From Ignavibacteriota bacterium (lineage in GTDB: Bacteria > Bacteroidota > Ignavibacteria > UBA10030 > UBA6906), in NCBI GenBank assembly GCA_963837815.1, contig CAWIOS010000012.1:783005-847004 (forward strand): 64,000 nt of DNA. The letters run 5' to 3'. This document shows positions 39,435 to 49,305 of this stretch, one piece after another. Each line of letters begins with the position of its first letter. Position 1 is the stretch's first letter. The position numbers and the translations under genes were made by a program. The notes below the pieces were generated by a model that worked only from the letters and a program-made list of their open reading frames with translations, made no database searches and was not told the DNA's origin.

Positions 39435-40373
39435 TCAATCCTCCTTCATGCCGGCCATCGCCAGCAGGAGGGCGCCGTGCGCCGGTCCGTTCATGGGCGG
39501 GTCGATATGCGCCGCGGGAACGCTCTTCCTGATCTCCGCTTCCAGCATGCGCGAATAGATCGAACCGTGGTCGATAAGACCGCCGATCATCACAACCCCG
39601 GCCCCGCCCCGCATGCCGAGCCGGTCGATGGCGGCAACCACCTGGAGGGCAAGGGCCCCCGAGGCGCGGGAGAGTATGTCCAGCGCCACAGCATCGGATG
39701 ATTCCGCCGCTTCAAGAACCGCCGGCGCAATCGATGGTATGTCGAATTTCTCCCTGTACACGGCTGCAATGATCCTCTCGCGCGTTGCGAGGCCGAACCG
39801 GGACGAGAGGACCATGCGAAGCCGGCCGGCCTCCCCCCTTCCGTCGATCTCCCTCGAGACCGCCTTGATGGCCTCGAGTCCGATACGGTAGCCGCTCCCT
39901 TCATCCCCGATCACTCTTCCCCACCCGCCGATCGAGATTGTCTCGCCGGCGGGCGATTTTCCCATGACGACCGAGCCGGTCCCCGCGACGGCGACGACAC
40001 CGGGGCCCCCGTTGAACGCCCCCTCGAGCGCGACGCGGCCGTCGGACTGGATGGAGATGGGAACGGGAGGAAGTCCCATCATACGGAACCGGGCGTGGAT
40101 CGCATCGGTCAGGACCTGACGGTCCCGTTCGGACCCCGCCCCCGCGAGTCCCAGCACGGCGGAGCCGATATCGGCAACGGGTCGGGCGGCGGTCTTTGCG
40201 AGACCTGCTATAAGCTCCGCCAGATTCAGCGCGACAATGTCGATGCCGAACACATTCTGATTGGAGCCGTTCCCCCTGCCGCGCGCGAGAACCGTGCCGG
40301 TACCATCGGCGAGGAGACCCGTGGTCTTGGTGCCGCCGCCGTCAACGCCGAGCACGAGAGAGTGATGTGCCAA
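39435..40373 (-). CDS. BadF/BadG/BcrA/BcrD-type ATPase: N-acetylglucosamine / N-acetylmuramic acid kinase (MurK/NagK-like)
   Basis: 312 aa; N-terminal ASKHA phosphate-1 motif LGVDGGGTKT; overall BadF-type sugar kinase pattern. Confidence 0.75.
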   Translation of the reverse strand: MAHHSLVLGVDGGGTKTTGLLADGTGTVLARGRGNGSNQNVFGIDIVALNLAELIAGLAKTAARPVADIGSAVLGLAGAGSERDRQVLTDAIHARFRMMGLPPVPISIQSDGRVALEGAFNGGPGVVAVAGTGSVVMGKSPAGETISIGGWGRVIGDEGSGYRIGLEAIKAVSREIDGRGEAGRLRMVLSSRFGLATRERIIAAVYREKFDIPSIAPAVLEAAESSDAVALDILSRASGALALQVVAAIDRLGMRGGAGVVMIGGLIDHGSIYSRMLEAEIRKSVPAAHIDPPMNGPAHGALLLAMAGMKED

Positions 40374-40378
40374 TGGGA

Positions 40379-42913
40379 TTATTTCAGAAGTTCTATTTTT
40401 GTTGTCCTGACAAATCGGATTCCCCCCCCCGCATCCGATGCGATCATGCGGACGAAGTACACCCCGCTCCCGAACGAGGCGGCGTTCCAGACCGCCGAAT
40501 GCGAGCCGGCCGCCACCTGACCGTCCACGAGGCTCGCGACCTCCTGGCCCAGCAGGTCATACACTCTCAGCGAGACGCGCACGCCGGCCGGGACGCGGTA
40601 GGCGATGACCGTCGACGGGTTGAACGGGTTCGGGTAGTTCTGGCTCAGGGCATACTCCGCAGGAATCGCGGGAGCCGGCGGCGGGACGGAAACGATCACG
40701 GACCTCAAGAGTTGAAGCTGGTCGACGAGGACCAACCCCGATCGCGCGCTCACCCCGGGGAGATAGCGGAACTGGAACGCGTCAAAGCGCATCTGCCCGC
40801 CGAGGTTCGGAGCGCCGAGCCAGGAACCGACGGAGTCGTTGGCAAGATCCCATTCCACCAGCCTCCATCCAACCCAGTCGAGCGGGTACCAGCGGCTCAC
40901 CTTGTGGTTTTGTGGCCTCCCCCCGGGATAGATGTCGACGCTGTCCTCGATGCCAAACCGGAACTGGCTCAGATCGCCCTCGTTGTACACGAACGCCTCA
41001 AGCACCGTCCCCTGTTTCTGAAAGAGGATCGAGCGCTCCGGAGCGAGAGTATCGAGCGGCACGCGCAGGAGCCAGGACGACGCGGCCGTGTCCCATGCGT
41101 ACCTGAGCAATCCGGCGACCGGATCGCCCGCCAGTGCAGGGAACGCGGTGCTCTCGATAGAGTCGAACGACGCCGTGTCGACGCCCGTCGTGTAGGGCGC
41201 GGTCATCGGCTGCCTCCACTGCACCGGGCGCGTATTGAACGAGTCAATCGTCGTTGTGATGCGCGACAGGGGCTGGACGGAAAATGACCAGACGAGCGGT
41301 GAAGTGCCCGGGATGATGTTCCCCGTCATATCCTTCGCGCCGCTCACGCTTACCGTATAGGATGCGCCGGGCTCAAGTCCTCCGGTGACGAAGATATTGA
41401 CGCCGCTCCTGGAGGGCGTCCCGATGTACATGACGGTCCGCGCGAGCGAGGGGAGACCGCCGATTTGTCCGATCCTGAAATTCGCCGTGGTGACCGTCGC
41501 CGGGTTCAGCGGTTCATCAAACGTGATGTTGACCGTGGTGTACGGCGTCGCCACCGTCATCGCGGAATCCGGGAACCGGGAGAGGATGACGGGCGGGTTC
41601 AACCGGACAATTTTCGTCCGGAAGCCGAGAATGAACGGATGGCCGGGAGTCCCGACGCCGGTCCCGTCAACAGGCTGGCCCGAGGCGCTGCGGGCGTTCG
41701 TATCGACCTTCACGGTGAAATTGACAGGAAACGGGAACGGAGCGACCGGCGTGAACGTCAGGATCGTGTTGTCCGGGTCCCACGAGAGACTCCCGGTGAC
41801 CGCGGGGGCGATCGAAAAGGCCGCGCGGACGGATGCGGTGTCCATCGGTGCGGAGAAGTGTATCCCAACCGCCGTCCTCGGGTCCACGGACGTATCCCCG
41901 TTCACCGGACTCGTCGAGAGGACAACCGGGAACCCGGTCGATGCGAGCGTCCGGTCAACGAACACGGTGGCGCCGGTTCCCACGACAACGGCGATGGAAT
42001 CCGTCCTGTAGCCGGGAGTCTCGAAACGGACGGTGTAGGAACCGGGAGCGAGGCTGTCGAACATGAAGAAGCCGTTCTTGAACGCGTCCCCGCCGTACAC
42101 CCTGCCGGAAGGAAGCAGTCTCACGCGGGTATTGTTCACGGGAGCCCCGCCGGCAACATCGGTCTGTATCCCCGCGATGATGCCGCGCGGATCGGCCGGA
42201 ACGCCGAAGTACTGCATGAAGGCGTTCCGGATGGCATAGGCTTCCATTTTGTGGTAATCGTTGTTCAGGAGACGCCGGCACTCCGGATAGAAGTCATGGA
42301 ACGAACCCTCGGAGAGCTCTCCCGGCATCAGAAGGCCGCTCAGCACGCCCAGGTTGTACCCGCCCGCCGGACCTCCGTAAAATGTGTAGTCAAGCCAGGT
42401 GCTCGTGCTGCTCGTCCGGAGCATCCCCTGTATCGCCGGACCGATCAGATTCGACATCGTGACGTCCTGCGGGAACGCGGCAGTGCGCGTCGGGATGTCT
42501 TCCTTCACGAGCATCAGTGTATAATTGATGCTCGTGTTGTCCGCCAGCCCGCTCGCGTTGGAGTGTATCGAGTGAAACCAGTCGACGTTGTTCGCGTTGG
42601 CGAGCTGCCAGCGCGCCGTGAGGCTCGGCTCGTCGTTCCCGTCGGGATACGTCGTGTCGTTCGACGTCCGGGTCAGTATGACCGTCGCCCCCTGCCGCCA
42701 CAGCAGCTCCCTGAGGAGGAGCGCCTTCTCGAAGTTGCTTTCCGATTCCCAGAAATTCACACCCGGATCCGGCTGGACATTCCGGTCGTCACTCGAATAC
42801 CCGCCGTGCCCCGGATCGATGCAGAATTTCAACCCCGAGAGGTCGGACCTCTGCGCCACCGCGAGAGACGCAGAAAGGACGACGATGCATGTCAGAGGAA
42901 GTCTCCTGCTCAT
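40379..42913 (-). CDS. T9SS-secreted N-acetylmuramoyl-L-alanine amidase (N-terminal Amidase_3 catalytic domain, Ig-like/beta-sandwich repeats, C-terminal Por-secretion sorting domain)
   Basis: 844 aa; signal peptide; Amidase_3 motifs CIDPGHGGYSSDD…NFEKALLLREL…FHSIHSNA. C-terminal about 80 aa …QNYPNPFNPSTVIAYRV…VYDLLGQEVASLVDG…GSGVYFVRMIASDAGGGIRFVRTTKIELLK matches type-A T9SS CTD. Confidence 0.75.
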   Translation of the reverse strand: MSRRLPLTCIVVLSASLAVAQRSDLSGLKFCIDPGHGGYSSDDRNVQPDPGVNFWESESNFEKALLLRELLWRQGATVILTRTSNDTTYPDGNDEPSLTARWQLANANNVDWFHSIHSNASGLADNTSINYTLMLVKEDIPTRTAAFPQDVTMSNLIGPAIQGMLRTSSTSTWLDYTFYGGPAGGYNLGVLSGLLMPGELSEGSFHDFYPECRRLLNNDYHKMEAYAIRNAFMQYFGVPADPRGIIAGIQTDVAGGAPVNNTRVRLLPSGRVYGGDAFKNGFFMFDSLAPGSYTVRFETPGYRTDSIAVVVGTGATVFVDRTLASTGFPVVLSTSPVNGDTSVDPRTAVGIHFSAPMDTASVRAAFSIAPAVTGSLSWDPDNTILTFTPVAPFPFPVNFTVKVDTNARSASGQPVDGTGVGTPGHPFILGFRTKIVRLNPPVILSRFPDSAMTVATPYTTVNITFDEPLNPATVTTANFRIGQIGGLPSLARTVMYIGTPSRSGVNIFVTGGLEPGASYTVSVSGAKDMTGNIIPGTSPLVWSFSVQPLSRITTTIDSFNTRPVQWRQPMTAPYTTGVDTASFDSIESTAFPALAGDPVAGLLRYAWDTAASSWLLRVPLDTLAPERSILFQKQGTVLEAFVYNEGDLSQFRFGIEDSVDIYPGGRPQNHKVSRWYPLDWVGWRLVEWDLANDSVGSWLGAPNLGGQMRFDAFQFRYLPGVSARSGLVLVDQLQLLRSVIVSVPPPAPAIPAEYALSQNYPNPFNPSTVIAYRVPAGVRVSLRVYDLLGQEVASLVDGQVAAGSHSAVWNAASFGSGVYFVRMIASDAGGGIRFVRTTKIELLK

Positions 42914-43833
42914 CGGGGGGTTTCGGCATACGTTATCACGAGTATCCCGCCTTCGAGAGTGCTGAAGGCAATTTCGTCAGCGACCGGAGAGCACTGGGGG
43001 AACATCCCGTTGATGTGTGAAGCGGAGGTGAGATCCCCTTCCGTTTTTCCGTCGGGGGAGACGAACGCAATGGCGGATGACCGTATCCTATGCCCGTCAT
43101 CCCTGTCCGCCATATAGATGAGCCACCTTCCGTCCCGGGTCCAGGCCGGGGCGTCCCGGCGCCCGATCCTGAGTGGATGACTCCCGTCGGCGCCACAGAC
43201 AAATGTCCCCCTGTCCATCTCGTACGCGACGAGCTTCGAGCCGTCGGGGGAAAGTGAGGGCCAGACGTAGCTTCCGTTGCCGAGCGGATCGACGAGCGAT
43301 TTCACACCGTCACGGACCACGGCGATTTTCGTATCCTCGACGCCGAGGACCGAGACGACGCCCGGGGGCTGAATGGCCGGCTTCACGCCCTGGATTTCGC
43401 CGGCAACGGAGAACACGACATCGGATCTGACAAATGAGGGGAGCGAAAGTGATCTTCCCGAGGCAAGGACCGACGGGGGGCCGCCGGAGAGATTGCGGAC
43501 GACGACTTCCTGCACCCGTTCACCCGGCAGGGCCCCCGGGAGCGTCCGGCGCCAGGCGATCTGAGATCCGTCGGGGGATATCGTGAAGCCGTACCCCGAT
43601 CCCCTGTCGGCGGTTATCTGCACTGCATCTCCCCCGGCCCCGGGACACGCCCATATGCCGCCGAAATCCGAGGCGGTGTAGTAGATCGTTTTCCCGTCGG
43701 GCGACCAGCGGGGTGCAGACCAGAGGCGGGCGCTCCCCAGGGGGAGTGTCCGGACGGTCAGTACTTTTATCTGAGCTTCCAGCGGGAGAGAGACGACAAA
43801 GAGGAGCAGTGCAATCAGACTGCGCATACCCAC
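42910..43833 (-). CDS. TolB-like periplasmic beta-propeller (PD40 repeats) protein
   Basis: 307 aa; signal peptide; repeated SPDGK/SPDGS blades (WSPDGKTIYYT, ISPDGSQIAW, LSPDGSKLVAY, VSPDGKTEGD). Start overlaps upstream gene stop by 4 nt. Confidence 0.65.
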   Translation of the reverse strand: MGMRSLIALLLFVVSLPLEAQIKVLTVRTLPLGSARLWSAPRWSPDGKTIYYTASDFGGIWACPGAGGDAVQITADRGSGYGFTISPDGSQIAWRRTLPGALPGERVQEVVVRNLSGGPPSVLASGRSLSLPSFVRSDVVFSVAGEIQGVKPAIQPPGVVSVLGVEDTKIAVVRDGVKSLVDPLGNGSYVWPSLSPDGSKLVAYEMDRGTFVCGADGSHPLRIGRRDAPAWTRDGRWLIYMADRDDGHRIRSSAIAFVSPDGKTEGDLTSASHINGMFPQCSPVADEIAFSTLEGGILVITYAETPR

Positions 43834-43967
43834 TTCTCCGGAGAAAAAAGCGTGGTTCAGTTCGCCCTGGCGAGAGCGGCGTCACGGGCCCTGCGTCCGC
43901 AATGACAGGGGCCGCCCGCGAACACGCCATACCTCCCAATATAGGAAAAACGGAGGAAAGGGGCTTT

Positions 43968-46328
43968 TCAGCTCCGGTCCTCCGTGACTTTCCTGAGCTC
44001 CCTGACCATCTCATAGAATTCGGCAAGCGCCATCTCCCGGAGGAATATCATCCCGCGTGCGGCGCGAAGCCTCGGATGCCCGTTCTTCAGGAAGAAGTCC
44101 GTCCCCAGTATCGTCTTGATCATCCCGTACTGGCCGACCTGGATCTTTTGCGCAAGCTCGGAGAACGGACCGTCGTGCTCATAGCTCGGAAAGGATGCCG
44201 CGCTCTGCGAGCCGAAGCAGTTCATGAATGCCGTGTGGAGCATCGTGATGGAGTTGATCGACACCGGGACAAACAGGTTCGCCTCCGCCGGGCGGTACCT
44301 GTACCAGACGTTCCTGTATCCCCACACCCGCAGCGTGGAATCGCCGCTCTCTTTCTCGTAGAGCTTCAACGCCTCGGCCACGGCCTGGAGGGCTTTGTAA
44401 TGCGTGTCGGGCCCGCTCCCTTCCGGGTCGAATGCGACGGAGACGACGTTCGGCCGGACTTTACTGATCAGCTCGAAGATCGGCACGACGTCCCTGTGGA
44501 CTTCGGGTTCCGGCGAGAATATGTCGCCCGTGTAGAAACCGAGCCTCAGCGGATGGATCGCGTACGATTCGATGCCGAAATACGCCCAGAGGAGCTCCAC
44601 CTCCCATTCGCGCGTCATCCCCTTGAGGAGCTGGACCTGCTGCGGGTCCTTGGCGCCGCTGTACTGCGAGCGGCAGTAGCCGATGAGCTCCTGAACACGG
44701 TTGCGCAGCGTGTGGAGGTCATGCGTCTGGTACAGGCCGACGAGATTGCGGAGCAGGCGCCTCGCTTCCGCCTCGTCCTTCATCTCCTGGCTGTTCGCCG
44801 CGGCCCCGTCGAGATAGAGATAGACGTCCTCCATGCGGGAGGCGTTTTCATGCGTGTCGAAGTACCCCTGCACCAGCAGGGCGAAAAGCGTGCCGGTCTC
44901 GAGATGGCTTTCGAGCTTCACGAGGATCGAGAGGAAATACGGGTTCGAGACCGATGTGAAACCGGAGGTCAGGTTGGCGAAATAGTGCTTGTTGCTTGGA
45001 TCGCGGACGAGATGGTAGATGTGCGCGAGGTAGCCGAGCATGATGTCATCGTGATGGGGCTCGGTGTGCAGGAATGTCGTATTCGACACGTGGTCGAGAC
45101 CCTTCTCGATCTTCCCGATGATCCTGTTGCGCGCTTCCGTGGCGAGGTCGACGGGCATCTTCCCGCTCTTGCGCAGCAGCTCGGAGGCAAACCGGTCCCC
45201 CTCGAAATCCTCTTTCGTGAGCTGGACGAGCTGCTTCCCCGATTTCAGGGCGAGCGTCGTCACGACGTCCTCGGAGCGCGCGGGCGTGAGCGTGGTCTCC
45301 CTGCAGAAATCCTCGAACTGCCGCTCCGTAAGGAGGCTCGCGGCACCACGCGTGAGGTAGAACCGGGCATTGGGGAGATCCTGGAGAACGGAGGCGGGAT
45401 ACTGCGGCCCCTTTTCGTTCTCGACGGCGAGCCGGACGATCGCGGCCTTCGCGTCCCCGGCGGCGATAATGATCGCGACGGCCCCGGGGTTGTACGTGAT
45501 CGTCGCAAGCCCGATCGTAATCACAAGCCGCGTCCGGGAAATCTCGATCCCGCCCAGATCCGTGGCGGCGGCCGCCTGCGTCTCGTAGTTGGTGCCCGTC
45601 AGCCGCGTCACCGAATAGACGCTCGACCCCCTCACGTTGAACGCGATGTGTCCGTCCGGCCCGATCCCGCCCAGGAAAAACCCGATACCCCCCATCTCCC
45701 GGACCTTTGTCTCGTATTCCATGCAGAATTCGTCCACCCGGTTGATGACGTCTTTCTGCAGGAGCTCGAGATCCGAGCGGCACTGCCTGACGCGGAGCGA
45801 GAGATCGACGACGCTGCCGGGGAACACCTCGTCCATGGTCTTGCCGGGGGGAAGCCCCAGCGACGTGGCGTTGATGAGCAGGGCCCTGGAGGGGGACATG
45901 CCGAACCCCTTGATGTAGAATTCGTTGACGTACCAGTGGAAGCTGTTATGCTGCGCCGCGTTGATCGGATAGAATTCGTCGATCTGGACGAAGCTGAGCG
46001 ACCTCATGTCCGGCGGCTTCGACCCGTCGATCTCCGCGGCCGCGAGGAGAGACTGGATGTCCTTCGTCTCCCACCGTTCCAGGATGCGCGTCACCCACTT
46101 GATGAAATGCTCGGGTGTCTTTCCGGTGGGGAGCGATATCACCCCGCCGGGATTCCTGATGACCCACTCGATAAACCGGAGCGCGGTGAGCTTCCCGAGC
46201 TGCGGGAAATTCGCAACCTCCACGATTCCGATCTTTTCCGTGGGCGCATACATGGGTTTGCGTCCGCTCCGCTGGAGCTCCATTTCTTCGATCCGGGATG
46301 TCCCGTCATACTGCCTGAGGTTTGCCAT
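43968..46328 (-). CDS. Fusion protein: glucosamine-6-phosphate deaminase/isomerase-like (NagB) domain + LmbE/PIG-L-family N-acetylglucosaminyl deacetylase domain
   Basis: ORF 43968..46406; probable start MANLRQYDG at 46328. N-terminal NagB-like region (…VISLPTGKTPE…FVQIDEFYP…GIGPDGHIAFN…); central LmbE motif FLHTEPHHDDIMLGY (AHPDDE-type). Confidence 0.7.
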   Translation of the reverse strand: MANLRQYDGTSRIEEMELQRSGRKPMYAPTEKIGIVEVANFPQLGKLTALRFIEWVIRNPGGVISLPTGKTPEHFIKWVTRILERWETKDIQSLLAAAEIDGSKPPDMRSLSFVQIDEFYPINAAQHNSFHWYVNEFYIKGFGMSPSRALLINATSLGLPPGKTMDEVFPGSVVDLSLRVRQCRSDLELLQKDVINRVDEFCMEYETKVREMGGIGFFLGGIGPDGHIAFNVRGSSVYSVTRLTGTNYETQAAAATDLGGIEISRTRLVITIGLATITYNPGAVAIIIAAGDAKAAIVRLAVENEKGPQYPASVLQDLPNARFYLTRGAASLLTERQFEDFCRETTLTPARSEDVVTTLALKSGKQLVQLTKEDFEGDRFASELLRKSGKMPVDLATEARNRIIGKIEKGLDHVSNTTFLHTEPHHDDIMLGYLAHIYHLVRDPSNKHYFANLTSGFTSVSNPYFLSILVKLESHLETGTLFALLVQGYFDTHENASRMEDVYLYLDGAAANSQEMKDEAEARRLLRNLVGLYQTHDLHTLRNRVQELIGYCRSQYSGAKDPQQVQLLKGMTREWEVELLWAYFGIESYAIHPLRLGFYTGDIFSPEPEVHRDVVPIFELISKVRPNVVSVAFDPEGSGPDTHYKALQAVAEALKLYEKESGDSTLRVWGYRNVWYRYRPAEANLFVPVSINSITMLHTAFMNCFGSQSAASFPSYEHDGPFSELAQKIQVGQYGMIKTILGTDFFLKNGHPRLRAARGMIFLREMALAEFYEMVRELRKVTEDRS

Positions 46329-46341
46329 AGCGTCCGTCGTG

Positions 46342-48096
46342 TCACTCCTTTGTTGTGAGTTTCCATTCGGCCGGAAGCTCCGAAAGCCACCGGGCAAAGA
46401 ATACATTCGGCACCATGTCGTGCTCGACCCCCGCCGGGGTCATGGACCAGCGCGATCCCGCGGCGGCGACGCTCGCGGCGACGTCAGCGTGCTCCTTCGC
46501 AAGGTGGTCCGTGTACGCGGCCCTGATGATCCCCTTCCCTTTCAGGAGCCAGTCGCGGAAGTACTCGTGCTGCCCGTACAGAGCGTCAAAAAGGAACACG
46601 TGCGTTATCAGGCCGGACATGCCTCCGCGGTCAAGAACGAACCCCGCGGGGCGGTAGCCGCCGCTGTGGGCGGTGACGATCACGCGCGCGACCTCCGTTG
46701 ACGGCACGACGTTCTCTTTCTGCATCGTCGCCATGACGTCTTCCACCATCCTGCGGAAGCCCCCTTCGTCCTCCATCTTCCCGCCGAACGAATCCCTGGC
46801 CCTGTACGGCCCCTGGGGGATCACAAGCAGCGCGTTGATATTCTGCGCGATCATTGACTGGGGGAGAAGGTACTGCTCGAGGACTCCCAGGTCGTCGTTC
46901 ATGTGCCCGTGGAAATGCACAATCACGTTCGCCCCGCCTTTGACCGCATGAAACCCGTCGGGGACGAAGACGACGATGCTGCTGTCGGCATAATGAGGGA
47001 AAAACGGGTAGACCGTCCCGTCTCCCCCCGTGTATCCGTCCTGTCTCGCGGGATGGGGGAAGGGAGCGGCCGCCGAGCGGTAGATTCCCCACTTCCCCCC
47101 CTTGAACGCCGTCCAGTCGACGCCGGACGTGCTGACCGGCCCCCTGTCGTACCCCGTCATCCCGGTGAACTGGTTCCAGACGGCCCGGGCAGCGTATGCG
47201 CCGAGAAGCGTGGCCGCATCCGCGCCGTCGTCCAGATGGTCGGGGGACTTATCGACGTAGATCGCGATCGCGAACTTCACCCTGTCGGTAAGAACAAGAG
47301 CGACGTCGGCTTTGGTTTCGGTGATGCTTCCCGTCTTGTGGGCGACCGCAAACGACGTGCATGCCCACTGCGGGAGAAGCCGCGGGACCATGTCGGCATA
47401 GAACTGGTTCTCCAGTATCCCGATCATCGACGCGCAGGAGGCGGAATCACAGAGGGTGCCCCTGAAGAGTTTTTCCATGAGGAGGGCCATGTCTTCCGGG
47501 GTCGTCACGCCGATTCCGTACCGCATCGCTTCCGGCGTCTCCTGTTTTGTCTCGAGCGTGAAGAGACGGTTGAGTATGCGCGTGTTCTTCAGCCCCCGCG
47601 AGGCGATAAAATCGTTCACGTTCGCCAGCCGCGCCTGATGCGTCCCGGCGAGCCGGTCGAGGACGAGATTCGTCGCCGTGTTGTCGCTCATCGTGATCAT
47701 GAGCGTCACGGCGTCATGCAGCGTGATCACCGCGCCGTCATCCAGGAACTGCAGGACGCCCGATCCGGGTTTCCTGTCTCCGGCGCGGAGCGTGATCCGG
47801 GCCCCGGGATCGATCTCCTTCTTTCTGACCATGTCGAAATACGCCGTCATCACGGGGAGCTTGATCGTGCTCGCGGTCGGGAAACAGTCGGTCGCATTGT
47901 ACGAGACTATTTCCCCCGTGGACAGATTCTTCGCCATCACTCCCATATGCCCGCCGAACCGGGCGTTGAGCGCGCGCAGCTCCGCCATGACGTCCGCGCG
48001 GGCGGGGAGATTTCCCGCAAGAGAGAGGAAACAAAGGAGCGCAAGGGTCCGTTTGCCGGCCGCCGCGGGCCAGCAGCGATCATTCACAGATGCCAT
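46342..48096 (-). CDS. Secreted fusion: class A beta-lactamase-fold serine hydrolase (possible DD-carboxypeptidase) + C-terminal alpha/beta-hydrolase (esterase-like) domain
   Basis: 584 aa; signal peptide; N-terminal domain with S-x-x-K (PTASTIKLPV), SDN (MSDNTATN), KTG (HKTGS) motifs; C-terminal domain with oxyanion-type HFHGH and nucleophile elbow GxSxG (TAHSGGY). Confidence 0.7.
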   Translation of the reverse strand: MASVNDRCWPAAAGKRTLALLCFLSLAGNLPARADVMAELRALNARFGGHMGVMAKNLSTGEIVSYNATDCFPTASTIKLPVMTAYFDMVRKKEIDPGARITLRAGDRKPGSGVLQFLDDGAVITLHDAVTLMITMSDNTATNLVLDRLAGTHQARLANVNDFIASRGLKNTRILNRLFTLETKQETPEAMRYGIGVTTPEDMALLMEKLFRGTLCDSASCASMIGILENQFYADMVPRLLPQWACTSFAVAHKTGSITETKADVALVLTDRVKFAIAIYVDKSPDHLDDGADAATLLGAYAARAVWNQFTGMTGYDRGPVSTSGVDWTAFKGGKWGIYRSAAAPFPHPARQDGYTGGDGTVYPFFPHYADSSIVVFVPDGFHAVKGGANVIVHFHGHMNDDLGVLEQYLLPQSMIAQNINALLVIPQGPYRARDSFGGKMEDEGGFRRMVEDVMATMQKENVVPSTEVARVIVTAHSGGYRPAGFVLDRGGMSGLITHVFLFDALYGQHEYFRDWLLKGKGIIRAAYTDHLAKEHADVAASVAAAGSRWSMTPAGVEHDMVPNVFFARWLSELPAEWKLTTKE

Positions 48097-48114
48097 CGGG
48101 AGTTCTCCGGTCGG

Positions 48115-49263
48115 TCACACTTTAATGAACCACTTTCTCTTCCACATCGCCCAGACGACCAGGTACATCACCAGGATGAACGCAATGGCAAACGCTGCCG
48201 AGGCGTTCACCGGACTGAAGTAGGGAACGAAGAGGTTGTCGTAGATAAGGCCTTTCAGCGTCACCGGGTTGCCGTCGGATCCCGTGAACCTGATGAGCGT
48301 CAGGAGGCGCCCGACGATCCCCGAGAGGACGAACACCGCGATCGCGTTCATCCCGTAGATAACGAACGGGCGTGCCCACTTCGTATGCCCCTTCACGTCC
48401 ATCAGCCAGTAAAATACGGAGAAGCACACAAGGGCCCAGCCGGCCATGAACACGACGTACGAGCTCGTCCAGAGATTCTTGTTGATCGGCAGCCAGATAT
48501 CCATGATCGCCCCCGCAAGAAGGAAGAAATTCCCGAAGACGAACATCCATGCCGTCTTCTCTTCGCGCGAATGATTCGAGCGGAGCCAGTGACCCGTGAG
48601 TATACCGAGAAGCGTCGTCGCAATCGCGGGGACCGTGCTGAGTATTCCTTCGGGATCAAATCCGGGAGCAGGCGCACCACTCCAGGTATGTCCTGCAAGC
48701 AGGTGTGAATCAATGTACCAGGGGAGACAGCCGGTCGGCTGGAGGACGCCTGGGCCGAAGCCGGGGACGGGGATGAGCATCACCGCGGCCCAGTACGAGG
48801 CCAGGAGCCCCACGACCCACCAGACCTGCGCCTTCCACCCCGTGTAGAGGAATATCGTGCTCGCCGCAAGATAACAGACCGCAATCCTCTGGAGGACGCC
48901 GGGTATGCGCATCGTCGAGAGTGAAAAGTTGCCGACAATCAGGCCGAACGGGAACCCGTTCAGGAACGTCCCCAGCGCGAATATGATCACGGCCCTGCGG
49001 AGGACGTGAAGGAGGAGCTTCCCGCTGTCCTCGCCCCGGTCCTTCCTCTTCTGGAAGGAGAGCGTCATGGCGACGCCGACGATCCAGAGAAAGAACGGGA
49101 ATATCCAGTCGGTGAACGTCCACCCGTTCCACCGTGCATGCTCGAGCTGCGGGTAGATAAAGTTCCAGGAACCGGGATTGTTGACAAGTATCATGCCGGC
49201 AATCGTGGCGCCGCGAAATGCGTCGAGTGAACCGAGGCGGGAGGAGGAATCCGTGGTGGTCAT
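48115..49263 (-). CDS. nagX: Polytopic membrane protein of the DUF1624/DUF5009 HGSNAT-like family (NagX-like, amino-sugar uptake/acyl transfer)
   Basis: 382 aa, about 10 TM; conserved N-terminal RLxSLDxFRGxTIxxMILVN motif (RLGSLDAFRGATIAGMILVNNPG) characteristic of this family. Confidence 0.65.
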   Translation of the reverse strand: MTTTDSSSRLGSLDAFRGATIAGMILVNNPGSWNFIYPQLEHARWNGWTFTDWIFPFFLWIVGVAMTLSFQKRKDRGEDSGKLLLHVLRRAVIIFALGTFLNGFPFGLIVGNFSLSTMRIPGVLQRIAVCYLAASTIFLYTGWKAQVWWVVGLLASYWAAVMLIPVPGFGPGVLQPTGCLPWYIDSHLLAGHTWSGAPAPGFDPEGILSTVPAIATTLLGILTGHWLRSNHSREEKTAWMFVFGNFFLLAGAIMDIWLPINKNLWTSSYVVFMAGWALVCFSVFYWLMDVKGHTKWARPFVIYGMNAIAVFVLSGIVGRLLTLIRFTGSDGNPVTLKGLIYDNLFVPYFSPVNASAAFAIAFILVMYLVVWAMWKRKWFIKV

Positions 49264-49305
49264 GGGCTATGGTGTCGTGGGCAATTGTTTCGGGTTGCCG
49301 CGTGG

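Noticed and set aside
41465-43117. 550-aa plus-strand ORF
   Set aside because: Antisense to the T9SS amidase and TolB-like genes; Arg-rich, no motifs.
43713-46358. 881-aa plus-strand ORF
   Set aside because: Antisense to the NagB-LmbE fusion gene; extreme Arg/Pro/Gly bias typical of GC3 shadow frames.
46903-48708. 601-aa plus-strand ORF
   Set aside because: Antisense to the beta-lactamase-fold/esterase and nagX genes.
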